Source of the DNA: Dehalococcoidia bacterium
GTDB taxonomy: Bacteria > Chloroflexota > Dehalococcoidia > Lucifugimonadales > G958296245
DNA: 64,000 nt
Reading direction: 5' to 3'
Assembly (NCBI GenBank): GCA_965262055.1
Contig: CBDHEI010000002.1
Span: 3,348,347-3,412,346, forward strand
Shown one piece after another: positions 28,301 to 37,640 of the stretch. The notes beneath the pieces are model-generated. The model ran no database searches, had not been told where the DNA came from, and saw only the letters and a program-made list of their open reading frames with translations. Made by a program: the position numbers and the translations under genes. Position 1 is the stretch's first letter, and every line of letters begins with the position of its first letter.

Positions 28301-28921
28301 TCCACCACGGCGAACTTGATCATGAGGTTCTGGGACCCGGACGAGGGGCGCGTCACCCTGGACGACGACGACCTGAAACAATTCGAGCTGGACGAGCTCC
28401 GAAGCCGTATTGCGCTGGTCACGCAGGACACTTACCTGTTCAACACATCCATCATGGAGAACCTGCGTATTGCGCGGCCCGATGCCACCGACACGGAGAT
28501 TAGAAGAGCGGCCCGGCTCGCGAGCGCGGAGGAGTTCATCGACGCCCTACCGGACGGCTACGACACGCTCGCCGGTGAGCGCGGCATGCAACTCTCAGGG
28601 GGCCAGCGGCAGCGCATCTCCATCGCCAGGGCGGTCCTGAAGGACGCGCCGGTGCTCATATTGGACGAGGCCACGTCCCATCTCGACGCGGTCAACGAGA
28701 AGCAGATACGCGACGCGCTGCGCCACCTGATGAGTGGCCGCACGACCGTCGTAATAGCCCACCGGCTGTCGACCGTGCGTGACGCCGACCGGATTGTGGT
28801 AATGAGCTCCGGCAAGGTGGTCGAGCAGGGCACGCACGACGACCTTCTTCGGAAGAAGGGGCTGTACGCTCAGCTCGTATCCACGCAGCTCGTCGGTGCC
28901 GCCGGCCCTAGGCGCGGCTGA
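25325..28921 (+). CDS. Fused two-half ABC exporter (TMD-NBD-TMD-NBD), CydD/CydC-like
   Basis: 1198-aa ORF. Two Walker A motifs (GPSGAGKST, GRSGAGKST), two ABC signatures (LSGGERQR, LSGGQRQR) and two 6-TM regions. The start may be MTKGLRL at 25352. Confidence 0.85.
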   Translation: MYFNLRLFGMTKGLRLRILVAAVAGLLTVAASIARLALTGIVLAKVFQGDSFSTLVLPLGILVVLILVRGALQHFRDNVSYKTAAETKVALRQRLYQHALALGPGHFDRRRTGEVTTFLVDGVENLETFFGQYLPQFIVAAVAPLLIFGFMAFLDVRIGLIFVVFALFTLLAPSFIQKANRPRTIARRDAWGTMGADMLDSIQGLGTLKAFGQSKARGELLAKRARDVFRTTMWMLAADGASGAATVLGISAGAAVALVWGGVKVSNGELELSALLIILMLGAEVFRPMRELAQLYHLGMTAMSSAEGVFALLDTPVEIKSPATPSGAPEGRLEPQITFEGVTFGYEKGRREALHDVSFTLRKGERLGVVGPSGAGKSTLVWLMLRLYDPQQGRVLLGGHDLRELPLDVLREQVSVVTQDTYLFQGTVAENLRLGRPDASREDLEKAAVAANAHEFITALPNGYDSEIGERGVRLSGGERQRIAIARALLKSAPILLLDEALSNVDAENESVIQEALDRLMEGRTTLVIAHRLSSVVGADRIIVLDQGRVMESGTHAELAASGGIYSRLMADQQVGEIPDLIAAAIVDDPRASDADERGQPSGDSPAWQPVRSVGRWENWTRLTALVRRWWVQVAVTLALGLLYHGSTIALGAVSALLVAAVFNEEPFWFLVALLAVLTPLSAMTRWGESWISHHVAFKLLAEMRIEMYRRLEPLAPAYLVKRRSGDLVSIAGDDIEKIEYFFAHTITPAMIAVLAPGAVLAVLAFLAWPLALVLLPFLAVGALSPFIAQVRTERVAMEMRRHLGRLNAYLVDGIQGMREIVAFGAGRRRLQETTRRGQDLADHRMRFLKSQSAHSATIEVLTALAGLSVLSLGAWLVAQGQMEPTDLPLATLLALSSFSPVTELAVTLKQLIETLASSRRVFEVYDEPVAVHDGPGLGPDASREDDGAPSIDFQDVGFSYDPDLRRALDNVSFETGSGATVALVGRSGAGKSTTANLIMRFWDPDEGRVTLDDDDLKQFELDELRSRIALVTQDTYLFNTSIMENLRIARPDATDTEIRRAARLASAEEFIDALPDGYDTLAGERGMQLSGGQRQRISIARAVLKDAPVLILDEATSHLDAVNEKQIRDALRHLMSGRTTVVIAHRLSTVRDADRIVVMSSGKVVEQGTHDDLLRKKGLYAQLVSTQLVGAAGPRRG

Positions 28922-28933
28922 CGTCCCGCGCGT

Positions 28934-29998
28934 CTAGCCGAGGACGTCCACGAGCCGGCTTCCCTCCTGCTGCGACTTGAGGAACCCCAGCATTATCCGA
29001 AGGGTCTTGCGGGCCTCGACGGCTGTAGAGACGCCCTCGCCGCCGTTCTCGATAACGCCGATAAGCTCGGTGTAGGCCGCCGGAAGCGCCTGGAGCTGGT
29101 ACTGGGCCGGATGGAGCGCACGGGACACCGGCTCCGCCGAGCCTTCTTGCTCCGTGATCGCGGTGGCGCCGAGCCCGTTCATTGCTACACGTACCTCCCC
29201 CGCCGGGCCCAGCAGGTGGATCATGTGAGAGACTGCGGACGTCTCCTTCGAACTGTTGTAGAGCGCTCTTATCCCGTTGCGGAAGAGGACCATGCCGGTT
29301 GCGCCGGGGTCGTTCTCTGGCAGCTTTCCGCCGTCCCCCTTGTACCGGTCCCAGTGCTCGTAGCCGTCCTGTAGCCTGGCGAAGACCTGCGCGGGCTCGG
29401 ATTCCGCGAAGAAGCAGACCGCATCCATGATGTGGGTGCCGTTGCGGAACATCATGGCCCGCGGGCCGCCGTGGTAGGCCAAGATCGTGCTCAGCGGCCC
29501 TATCAGGCCGGCTCGCACCTCCTCACGGACCTTGTGCATCAGAGGGTTCCACCGCCGGGTGTGGTTGACGTGGATCGGGACCCCGCGCTCGGCGCACACC
29601 CGTATCATCCTGTCGGCGTCCTCCAGGCTGGTGGCCAGCGGCTTCTCGCACATGACGCCCTTGACGCCTGAGGTAGCGGCGTCGACCACTATGTCGGCGT
29701 GCCTGTGGTCCGACGTCACGACCCCTATGATGTCGAGCCGCTCGCGGGCGAGCATCTCCTTGTAGTCGGTGTAGGTTGCCGTTTCGGGCCATTCGCGCGC
29801 CCAGACCGCTTTGAAGTCTTCCAGCAGCTCCGGTACGAGGTCGCAAACGGCGACCAGCTCGGTGTCGGGAAGCAGAGCCAAGGCCGCCGCATGGGACATC
29901 GTGATCTCGTTCTTGAACGGAGGAGGCGGAGGGCCGGGATGCTTCACCGCTATCCCGGTCGCGCCGACCACTCCCACACGGTACGTATTCTTCACCAT
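28934..29998 (-). CDS. Gfo/Idh/MocA family oxidoreductase
   Basis: Start MVKNTYRVGVVGATG at 29998 is preceded by GAGGAGG. The Rossmann N-terminus and EKPLA motif are typical of the family. The longer 30157 start would overlap the upstream gene. Confidence 0.85.
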   Translation of the reverse strand: MVKNTYRVGVVGATGIAVKHPGPPPPPFKNEITMSHAAALALLPDTELVAVCDLVPELLEDFKAVWAREWPETATYTDYKEMLARERLDIIGVVTSDHRHADIVVDAATSGVKGVMCEKPLATSLEDADRMIRVCAERGVPIHVNHTRRWNPLMHKVREEVRAGLIGPLSTILAYHGGPRAMMFRNGTHIMDAVCFFAESEPAQVFARLQDGYEHWDRYKGDGGKLPENDPGATGMVLFRNGIRALYNSSKETSAVSHMIHLLGPAGEVRVAMNGLGATAITEQEGSAEPVSRALHPAQYQLQALPAAYTELIGVIENGGEGVSTAVEARKTLRIMLGFLKSQQEGSRLVDVLG

Positions 29999-30036
29999 CG
30001 CAACGTCCTCCTCGTACCGGCAATCATTCGTCTGTC

Positions 30037-31182
30037 CTATCCCTGCCCAGAGAGAATTCCGCTGAGCCTCTCGACGATAACGTGCTCCTCCCCTTCGTTC
30101 AGAGTATGGACGTTGATGCCTAGAGTATCGTCCCCATCGACGTTCACTAAGATGCACGGGTCGCCCTCATCGAGCTTGGCTGCCACACCGTTCGCGTCCA
30201 TGCCCAGCCCCTCGATGTCTATCTCGACGTGGAGGGTCACACCCCAGAAATTGCTGTTGCGCACCATCGCGGCCGACTTCAGATTGGGAGCGCCCTCGAG
30301 CCCCCGTTGCAGAACCTCTATCCTCTCCTCGTTCGCGAGCAGCCTGTCCTCGTGGTTCATGGTCAGCCACAGCTCCAGGGCGGTGACCACGCCCACGATC
30401 TCCTGTCGGTCCAGCTTCATGGGCCGCCCAAAGGCCCTGGCGCCCTTGTGCTGGAAGGCCATGAACCCGTGGTCGGCGGCCGCCTCCACGAGGTCCTTCT
30501 TCCCGCAAAGAAAGCCGGCGGAATGCGGGGCCCCGAAATACTTGGCGCCGAAGCAGGCGAGGTCGGGTGTCTGAGCGTTGCGCCTGAAGTAGTCGAGTGG
30601 GTATAGCTGCGCCGCTGCGTCGCCTATCACCGGCACGCCCCGTGCCCTAGCGACCTCAACCGACTGCTCCAAAGAGACGGTGGAGCCGTCTTCCTCCGGC
30701 CTGACCAGGAAGGCGACAGCCGCCGTTTTGGGACCGATGGCCGCGTCGAGCTGCTCGGCTGAACAGGCGTCGTCGATCCCGACCTCGACGAGTTTCGCGC
30801 CTGGCACAGTAAAGCTGCGGTCGTAGCTGTACCGATGTGCCTTCTGTATGAGTATCTCGCTCTTGAGTCCTGTGGTGTCCGGGAGCTGAGATATCTTGCA
30901 GGGGTCGTCCCCCGTCATACAGGCCGCCGCGCTCAGGGCGAGCGCCGCAGCGCACCCCGATGTGACATAGGCGGCCTCGACATCAAGCAGGTCCGCTATG
31001 AACTCGCCAGTCCTGTCGAGCAGGTCCTGCATCTTGACGTAGCTTCCGTCGGCCTGGTCCATGGCCGCCTTGACCTCCGGGCCCGGCGTCGAGCCGCCCA
31101 GGACGGTCCTGTTCCCTTGGGCGTTTATCACGGGACGCACGCCCAATCTCCTGTAGACTGCGAGCTCTGCCATCTGTGTCAT
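30037..31182 (-). CDS. SelA-like/DgaE-like fold-type I PLP-dependent enzyme
   Basis: 381-aa ORF. The N-terminus YRRLGVRPVINAQGNRTVLGGS and overall pattern are recalled from the 'L-seryl-tRNA selenium transferase-related' (DgaE-like) family. It lacks the SelA N-terminal domain. Confidence 0.65.
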   Translation of the reverse strand: MTQMAELAVYRRLGVRPVINAQGNRTVLGGSTPGPEVKAAMDQADGSYVKMQDLLDRTGEFIADLLDVEAAYVTSGCAAALALSAAACMTGDDPCKISQLPDTTGLKSEILIQKAHRYSYDRSFTVPGAKLVEVGIDDACSAEQLDAAIGPKTAAVAFLVRPEEDGSTVSLEQSVEVARARGVPVIGDAAAQLYPLDYFRRNAQTPDLACFGAKYFGAPHSAGFLCGKKDLVEAAADHGFMAFQHKGARAFGRPMKLDRQEIVGVVTALELWLTMNHEDRLLANEERIEVLQRGLEGAPNLKSAAMVRNSNFWGVTLHVEIDIEGLGMDANGVAAKLDEGDPCILVNVDGDDTLGINVHTLNEGEEHVIVERLSGILSGQG

Positions 31183-31210
31183 AGGTCGGCTCCTTTGTCC
31201 CCTAACGGTC

Positions 31211-31972
31211 TCATACCATGAGGTCGCCGCCGTTGATGTCCAGGGCCGCGCCGGTGATGTAGGCGGCCCTGTCCGATGCCAGGAAGGCGACCAGCTCGGC
31301 GACCTCGCCTGGTCGACCCAGCCTCGGAACCGGGAAGCTGGCCCCGTAGGAGGCAGCCTGCTCGGGAGTTATTGTCGAGCGCACCATCTCGGTGTCTATT
31401 AGTCCTGGGCACACCGAGTTGACCGTGATGCCGTTCGCCGCCTCTTCTTTCGCCAGATGGCGCGTGAAGCCCAGAATTCCCGCCTTTGCTGCGGAGTAGT
31501 GCGCGCCGCCGATGGTGCTGTACTTCTTGCCTGCAGTGGAGGAGAAGTTGACGATGCGTCCCCAGCCCGCCTCTCGCATGGCCGGGAGCACAGCCCTAGA
31601 GCACAGGTACGTCCCCTTCAGGTTGACGCCCACGACGAAGTCCCACTCGTCTTCCTCAATGTCTATCACAGGGGTGGGCCGCAGCACTCCGGCGTTGTTG
31701 ACCAGGATATGGACGCTGCCGAAGCGCGCCAGTGCTCCCTGCACCACTCTGTGCACGTCCTCGGCGGACGTCACGTTACCAGACTGCACAACGGCCTCGC
31801 CGCCTCTTCCTGAGATGAGCTGCACCGTACGCGCCGCAGCCTCGCCATCGAGGTCGTTCACGACCAATCTGGCGCCGGCGGCAGAGAGCCGTTCGGCCAC
31901 AGCACGGCCCATGCCCTGGCCCGCGCCTGTTACGATGGCGACCTTGCCGTCCAACTCGTGTGGATCGATCAT
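31211..31972 (-). CDS. SDR family oxidoreductase (FabG-like)
   Basis: 253-aa ORF. TGAGQGMG, NNAG and YSAAK catalytic motifs. Confidence 0.9.
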   Translation of the reverse strand: MIDPHELDGKVAIVTGAGQGMGRAVAERLSAAGARLVVNDLDGEAAARTVQLISGRGGEAVVQSGNVTSAEDVHRVVQGALARFGSVHILVNNAGVLRPTPVIDIEEDEWDFVVGVNLKGTYLCSRAVLPAMREAGWGRIVNFSSTAGKKYSTIGGAHYSAAKAGILGFTRHLAKEEAANGITVNSVCPGLIDTEMVRSTITPEQAASYGASFPVPRLGRPGEVAELVAFLASDRAAYITGAALDINGGDLMV

Positions 31973-31981
31973 CTCACTGGA

Positions 31982-33169
31982 TCAGATGACGCCGGTCTCT
32001 TTGCCGACCTCTTCGAAGACATTCAGGGCACGGTCGAGCTGCTCCCGCGTATGGGCGGCCGATATCTGGACGCGTATTCTCGCCTCGCCCCTGGGCACAA
32101 CCGGGAAGGTAAACCCAACGACAAATATGCCTCTCTCGTTCATGGCCCTGGCCATCTCAACCGTCTTGAGCTCGTCCCTGAGCATAATCGGGACGATGGG
32201 GTGAACTCCCGGGATCACGTCGAGGCCGATGGCGGTTATGGCGCCTCTGAAATAGCGCGTGTTCTCCCAGAGGCGCTCCCGGAGCTCTGGGCGCTCCTCG
32301 AGGAGGTCCAGCGCCTTGAGGGCCCCGGACACGATGGGCGGCGCCAGCGTGTTGGAGAACAGGTATGGGCGCGAGCGCTGCCTGAGAAGATCGATGATTT
32401 CCTTGCGCCCTGTTGTAAACCCGCCCGACGCGCCGCCCAGGGCCTTGCCCATCGTGCTCGTCAGCACGTCGATGCGGCCGTCCGCGCCCAGCTCCTCGGC
32501 CGTCCCCTTCCCATTTGCGCCCAGGAATCCCGTGGAGTGAGAATCATCCACCATGACCAGCGCGTCGTACCGTTCGGCTAGGTCGCATATCTCAGGCAGC
32601 CAGGCCAGGTCGCCTTGCATGCTGAAGACTCCGTCGGTGGCGATCATGCGGAAGCGCGCCGATTCGGTCTCCTTAAGACAGGCCTCCAGGTCGCCCATGT
32701 CGCTATGTTTGTACACTTTGCGCTGCGCCTTGCAGAGCCTGACTCCGTCGATAATGCTCGCGTGGTTCAGCGCGTCGCTGATGATGGCGTCCTCGGCGCT
32801 GAGCAGGGTCTCGAACAGCCCCGTGTTCGCGTCGAAGCATGACGTGTAGAGGATCGTGTCCTCGGTGCCCATGAAATCGGAGATTCGCTGCTCCAGGTCC
32901 TTATGGATGTTCTGGGTGCCGCAGATAAACCGGACGGACGCCATCCCGAAGCCGTATCTGTCGAGGCCGTCCTTGACCGCCTGGATGATCTCCGGGTCGT
33001 CGGCGAGCCCCAGGTAGTTGTTGGCGCAGAAGTTGATGACCTCCCCCTGGAGGGTGCTGACCCGCGAGTCCTGTGGACCGGTCATCACCTTCTCGGCCTT
33101 GTGCATCCCGCTGTCGCGGATCCCCTGTAGCTCCTCGTCGAGCCAGGACTTGATCGACGTGTATGTCAC
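31982..33169 (-). CDS. kbl: Glycine C-acetyltransferase (2-amino-3-ketobutyrate CoA ligase)
   Basis: 395-aa ORF. Class II aminotransferase pattern ([33 protein letters not shown]), located next to tdh. Confidence 0.9.
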   Translation of the reverse strand: MTYTSIKSWLDEELQGIRDSGMHKAEKVMTGPQDSRVSTLQGEVINFCANNYLGLADDPEIIQAVKDGLDRYGFGMASVRFICGTQNIHKDLEQRISDFMGTEDTILYTSCFDANTGLFETLLSAEDAIISDALNHASIIDGVRLCKAQRKVYKHSDMGDLEACLKETESARFRMIATDGVFSMQGDLAWLPEICDLAERYDALVMVDDSHSTGFLGANGKGTAEELGADGRIDVLTSTMGKALGGASGGFTTGRKEIIDLLRQRSRPYLFSNTLAPPIVSGALKALDLLEERPELRERLWENTRYFRGAITAIGLDVIPGVHPIVPIMLRDELKTVEMARAMNERGIFVVGFTFPVVPRGEARIRVQISAAHTREQLDRALNVFEEVGKETGVI

Positions 33170-33337
33170 TTGGCGCCTCCTCGAATCTTCATTTTCGCCG
33201 TCCCCGATTCCTTCCCCATTCCGGTTCCTTCCGGAGGGAGGGGGCGGCTTGGGTGTGTTTGCCGACCCTGTAGTGCGTTCAGGCTCGGAGATTATCGGCG
33301 CTGCGTATTCGTGTCAACAGGTGGGACGCCACAAAGT

Positions 33338-34465
33338 CTAGCGATGGACCACCTCGCCCAGGATATTGCGGTCTGCTTCGTCGCGCGCGGCCCCGGGCAG
33401 CATTGCCGCTTCTCCTCCCTCTCCTACGCGCAGCACGATCTTGGATGCTTGCCCCGAGGAGAGGAGCTCCAACGCTTCGCCAAAGTCCTCCAGGCCGATT
33501 TCTCGAGTTATGAGTGGCCTCACGTCCACCAGTCCGCTTTCGAGGATCCATCTGGTCTTGTACCACGTGTCGAATATCCGGCGCCCGCTGAGGGCTAGCA
33601 CGGTCAGGTTCTTGAAGATCATACTCTCCGCCACGTCGATGGTGACCGGCTTGGATGGTATTCCGAAAAGGGTCACCCGACCGCCGTCACGTACTCCCTT
33701 CAGCGCCGCGTTCACCGCGGACGCGGCGCCACTCATCTCCAGCAAGATATCGACCCCGAACCCCTCGTTGGCTTCCACGAGCCAGTCTGCTACCGCGTCC
33801 CCTTCCCCGGCATCCGAGGCGTTGAGCACGGCGTCGGCTCCCATCGTCTTCCCCAGGGACAGCCGAAAGTCGTTGAGGTCTACAGCAAGCACCTTCGACG
33901 CCCCGGAGGCGCGGGCTATGCCAATGGAGAACAGTCCAATGGGGCCGCAGCCCAGGACGGCGACGCTCTGTCCCGCGAGATTGTGCGCGAGAGCGGCTAA
34001 GACCGCGTTGCCGAACGGCTCCTGCAGAGTCGCGATCTCTGGGGGCATCTTCTCCCGATCGTTCTGCCAGATGACCTTCTCCGGCAGGGTCACGTACTCA
34101 GCGAAGGCCCCATCGAGGTCCACTCCCAGTATCCGGGTACTTGGGCACATGTGCGCCTGGCCGGTCCGGCACTGGAAGCACATCCCGCAAGTGACGTGAC
34201 TCTCGGCGGATACGTAGTCGCCGACCCTGACGTGTTCGACACGAGATCCCACTTCGACCACGGTCCCGGCAAACTCGTGACCTATGGTAAGCGGCGGATC
34301 TACCCGCTGCGCGCTCCACTCGTCCCAGTTTAAGATGTGGAGGTCAGTGCCACATATGCTGGCCGCCTCTACCTGTACCAGCACCTCCCCGGAGGCGGCC
34401 TCAGGGACGGGAATATCCTGTATCTCGAACCCCGGCCCGGCCGCCACCTTTCGCACAGCCTTCAT
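33338..34465 (-). CDS. tdh: L-threonine 3-dehydrogenase
   Basis: Start MKAVRKVAAGPGFEIQDIPVP at 34465, since the ORF-track start at 34735 would overlap the upstream gene. Zn-ADH motifs (ICGTDLHI, GHEFAGTVVEVG, LGCGPIG). The ~30-aa C-terminal extension is unusual. Confidence 0.9.
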   Translation of the reverse strand: MKAVRKVAAGPGFEIQDIPVPEAASGEVLVQVEAASICGTDLHILNWDEWSAQRVDPPLTIGHEFAGTVVEVGSRVEHVRVGDYVSAESHVTCGMCFQCRTGQAHMCPSTRILGVDLDGAFAEYVTLPEKVIWQNDREKMPPEIATLQEPFGNAVLAALAHNLAGQSVAVLGCGPIGLFSIGIARASGASKVLAVDLNDFRLSLGKTMGADAVLNASDAGEGDAVADWLVEANEGFGVDILLEMSGAASAVNAALKGVRDGGRVTLFGIPSKPVTIDVAESMIFKNLTVLALSGRRIFDTWYKTRWILESGLVDVRPLITREIGLEDFGEALELLSSGQASKIVLRVGEGGEAAMLPGAARDEADRNILGEVVHR

Positions 34466-34479
34466 CTGTCCCAGCCCGC

Positions 34480-35670
34480 TCAGTGCAGCGCCGCGGCGAT
34501 CGCGGCAGCGCGCTCGTTCACTAGCCGGTCGTCTGCGAAGCGGGACAGCCCGAACGGCTCTATCAACGCGGGAGTCTCCCCCGTGGCCACCAGTTCCGCG
34601 ATGCACTTCCCCGCTATCGGCGCCGCCTTGAAGCCCCAAGTGCCCCAACCGGCGTTGAGCACGAACCCCTCCAGGCCCTCTACTGCTCCCATTACGGGCG
34701 CGTAGTCGGGCGTCATGTCGCATATCCCCGTCCACTGCCGCATGACCTTGACGTCGCGCAGCGACGGCACTAGCTCTACGGCGAAGCGGGCCAGCTCCTC
34801 CAGCATGTTCAGCGTGGAGCGATGGCTGTAGGTCGGGTATGGGTCCACTGGCCCGCCTATGACGATCTCGCCCCGGTCGGTCTGATAGATGTATACGTGA
34901 AGGTTGCCCGACGAGATGACCCTGTCCATGAAGGGCTTCAATGGCTCGGTGACGAACGCCTGCAAGGGATAGGTGACGATCGGCAGCTCCACTCCCGCCA
35001 TGCCTGAGATGATCGAGGTCCAGCCGGCAGTCGCGCTAACCACCGTACCGGCGTTCACGGTGCCCTTAGGAGTCTCCACGCCGGTGATCCGGTCACCGCT
35101 GCGGAGAAGGCCCGTGACCTCGGTGAACTGGTGTATCTCCACTCCCAGCCTGTCGGAGCCGCGGCCGTAACCCCACACCACCGCGTCGTGGCGGACGGTC
35201 CCCGCGGGGGGATGGTACAGTGCGGCCATAACGGGCAGGTGCTTGCCCTCGCGCAGGTCTATTACGGGGACGAGCTCCTTGATCTCCTCGGGGCCTATCA
35301 GCCGGCTGTCCACCCCCAGAAGCTTGTTGAGCTCCACCCGCTGCCTCAGGGCGTAAACGGTGGACTCGGCGTGCCCGATGTCGAGGCGGCCGGTCTGGTT
35401 GAACATGAGGTTGAAGTCGAGCTCGAGGGCGAGACCCTCGTAGAGCTTCAGGCTCTCCCTGAAGAAGGGGATTCCCTCGACCGTCAGGTAGTTCGCGCGT
35501 ACGATTGCCGTACTGCGCGCGCTGGCGCCGCCGCCGACGTATCCCTTGTCTAGGACGGCAATGTCCGTAACTCCCTGCTTGGCGAGGTAGTAGGCGGTCG
35601 ACAGGCCGTGTACGCCAGCCCCGACTATGACGACATCGTAGCTGTCCCCTAGCGGGTGTTGGCGCCACAT
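34480..35670 (-). CDS. FAD-dependent oxidoreductase, sarcosine oxidase beta-subunit-like (DAO family)
   Basis: 396-aa ORF. YDVVIVGAGVHGLSTAYYLAK dinucleotide-binding motif and the DAO-like GGGASARSTAIVRANY segment. Confidence 0.8.
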   Translation of the reverse strand: MWRQHPLGDSYDVVIVGAGVHGLSTAYYLAKQGVTDIAVLDKGYVGGGASARSTAIVRANYLTVEGIPFFRESLKLYEGLALELDFNLMFNQTGRLDIGHAESTVYALRQRVELNKLLGVDSRLIGPEEIKELVPVIDLREGKHLPVMAALYHPPAGTVRHDAVVWGYGRGSDRLGVEIHQFTEVTGLLRSGDRITGVETPKGTVNAGTVVSATAGWTSIISGMAGVELPIVTYPLQAFVTEPLKPFMDRVISSGNLHVYIYQTDRGEIVIGGPVDPYPTYSHRSTLNMLEELARFAVELVPSLRDVKVMRQWTGICDMTPDYAPVMGAVEGLEGFVLNAGWGTWGFKAAPIAGKCIAELVATGETPALIEPFGLSRFADDRLVNERAAAIAAALH

Positions 35671-35672
35671 CG

Positions 35673-36455
35673 CTATCGGGACGAACTCAGGCAGGTATTG
35701 ATGGGGAGAAGCGTATCGGTGAGCATCTTCCGCTTCATGGAGACGTCGACGCCCAGAAAGAATATGCGGACGCCCATCTTCCGGTACCTGAGCGCCGCCT
35801 CCGTGGTGGAGACGCTCATAGTCGCGATCTTGCCAGCGTCGCGGATGTCGGCAAGCAGGTTGTCGATCTTGGGCGCGAGGTAAGATTCGGCTTCCTGGCC
35901 GAACAGTCCTAGTCCAGTGCCCCAGTCCATGGGGCCCACGGTGACGATGTCTATGCCGTCCACAGCCAGAATCGACTCCCTGTTCTCGTATGCGTGGTCG
36001 CCTTCGAACATGACCATGAGATGCGTAGCTTCATTGGCTCGCTGCAGGGTCACGCGCGCATCGGCACCCAGACTGAATCCCGTGCCTGCGCTCGTGCTGG
36101 AGACGCCGCGCTGGCCCATGGGCGGGTACTTGCCGAGGCGTACCAGTTCAGCGGCCTCCTCAGCGTCGGAGACGTCGGGCAGGTTGAGTACCTGGATGCC
36201 GCCGTCGAGGAGGCGCTGCACGTGGGTGCGGGAGAGCTCCAGGATACGGACCAGGGGGACCATGCCCAGGTGGGCCGCGGTGCGCCCCAGGGCGATGGCC
36301 TCGGCGGCGGACTGCGGGCCATGCTCCAGATCGATCCAGACGATGTGGTAGCCGACCTGCGCCATCAACTCGATGTCGGTGACCGTGGCGTCCCTGCACG
36401 TGAGTCCGTAGAGAACGTCGTTCTCACTGAGCAGTTCGCCTAGTCGGTCTTGCAT
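35673..36455 (-). CDS. HpcH/HpaI family aldolase/citrate-lyase-like
   Basis: 260-aa ORF. The pattern IWIDLEHGP...VRI...LDGG...V.P resembles HpcH/HpaI aldolases. Confidence 0.75.
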   Translation of the reverse strand: MQDRLGELLSENDVLYGLTCRDATVTDIELMAQVGYHIVWIDLEHGPQSAAEAIALGRTAAHLGMVPLVRILELSRTHVQRLLDGGIQVLNLPDVSDAEEAAELVRLGKYPPMGQRGVSSTSAGTGFSLGADARVTLQRANEATHLMVMFEGDHAYENRESILAVDGIDIVTVGPMDWGTGLGLFGQEAESYLAPKIDNLLADIRDAGKIATMSVSTTEAALRYRKMGVRIFFLGVDVSMKRKMLTDTLLPINTCLSSSR

Positions 36456-36490
36456 GTAACGGGCCTCCCTGTTTGGGACGGTGCCCCGGC

Positions 36491-37321
36491 TCAGGAGCTG
36501 CGGGCTGCGCGAATTTTAAACGCCGCGGACTCTACCTCTGCCACCTTCTGGGCGATGGTTGCAGGGTTGAGCCGGGCCGCGTGGTCGTGGTACCCCGCCC
36601 TTTCGAGCATCGACCCTAGCTTGCCTCCCTTGAACAGGTCGAGCGTCCATCGCAGTGGGTCCGGCACAGCGGCCGGGTCCAGGTAGAGGCGTTCGTTCTT
36701 CGCTCGCGGACCGTAGTGGTAGTGAGGGTCCTTGTCGAAGCAGTCAAACGCCAGCATCTCCCTCTCTTCCCCGTCCACGTCCCCCAAGACGTGAATCGCT
36801 ATGCCGGGCTCGCGGTCTTCGACGCCGAACCGTACGGGGCCTGCCTCCACCATCAAGTCCCCGCGGTTGTGCACCACTGTGCTGCGCTGCTCTTTAGCCA
36901 TCCTGAGGGCCGTATCTCCCATCTCCGCCAGCACGGGCTCCAGGTCCCGCATGTCTATCGCGCACGCGACCTGTTCGAACCCCGACCGCGCGACGAGCTC
37001 GGCGAGCCTGTTGCGGAGCAGCCAGAGGGACCAGTCCAGCGGGTCGCCTTCGGTGGTGGTGTCTATGCTGATGCGGAAGCCGCGCTCGTCCGGGCCGTAG
37101 AAGTAGTGAGGCAGCTGGTCGAGGCAGTAGAAGCGCAGTACCTGCTGCTCCTCGCCGTCGACCTCTGCGAGGACCTGAATGGAGAGACCCTGGTCCTTGA
37201 GCAGGTCGAGGTACTGTAGACTGAACTTCACAGGCGGGCCGCAGACGACCTCCGGCTCTCCGTACTTGATCTGTCCGAGCAGACCTTCGCTAATGTGCTC
37301 AGGGTTGCCGTAGTGCATCAT
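36491..37321 (-). CDS. Hypothetical protein with internal tandem domain duplication
   Basis: 276-aa ORF. The two halves share [LF]xFxC[LF]DxxPHYx YGP...DPLxW[ST]L (LRFYCLDQLPHYFYGP...DPLDWSL and LAFDCFDKDPHYHYGP...DPLRWTL). I recognise no family. Confidence 0.6.
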   Translation of the reverse strand: MMHYGNPEHISEGLLGQIKYGEPEVVCGPPVKFSLQYLDLLKDQGLSIQVLAEVDGEEQQVLRFYCLDQLPHYFYGPDERGFRISIDTTTEGDPLDWSLWLLRNRLAELVARSGFEQVACAIDMRDLEPVLAEMGDTALRMAKEQRSTVVHNRGDLMVEAGPVRFGVEDREPGIAIHVLGDVDGEEREMLAFDCFDKDPHYHYGPRAKNERLYLDPAAVPDPLRWTLDLFKGGKLGSMLERAGYHDHAARLNPATIAQKVAEVESAAFKIRAARSS

Positions 37322-37640
37322 GGTGGATACCCTTCTTCCCGCCCCTAGACATGGGGCCGTGTTTTAGGCTGCAAGGCGGCCCAAGCGCCTCCGGCAAGAG
37401 GCGTACATTATATCCCAGATTGGCTGCGGGGATGCTCTACGAAGGCGGAGCTGCGGGCAATCGCGCAAAGCAGTGTCGAATTGAGGGGCGGTCGCGGAAT
37501 TGTGGAGCTACCTTGTAGGCTACAGGCAATTGGCCCGGCTGATGGGACGGTCAGAGATGCTCGATCCGGGCGCCGCTCGGCTCGATGGCTGCCTACGGTG
37601 CGACCCTGGCTTGTCGATCGGGATGAATTTCCCGATATCC

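Noticed and set aside
26713-28431. 572-aa minus-strand ORF.
   Set aside because: It is antisense to the fused ABC exporter, which carries clear Walker and signature motifs. The Ser/Arg-rich translation is a shadow ORF.
30037-31182. The SelA-like gene, considered as support for selenocysteine decoding of the TGA at 5335.
   Set aside because: The protein is ~80 aa shorter than bona fide SelA, lacks its N-terminal domain, and belongs by motif to the SelA-related/DgaE-like group found in many organisms that do not use Sec.
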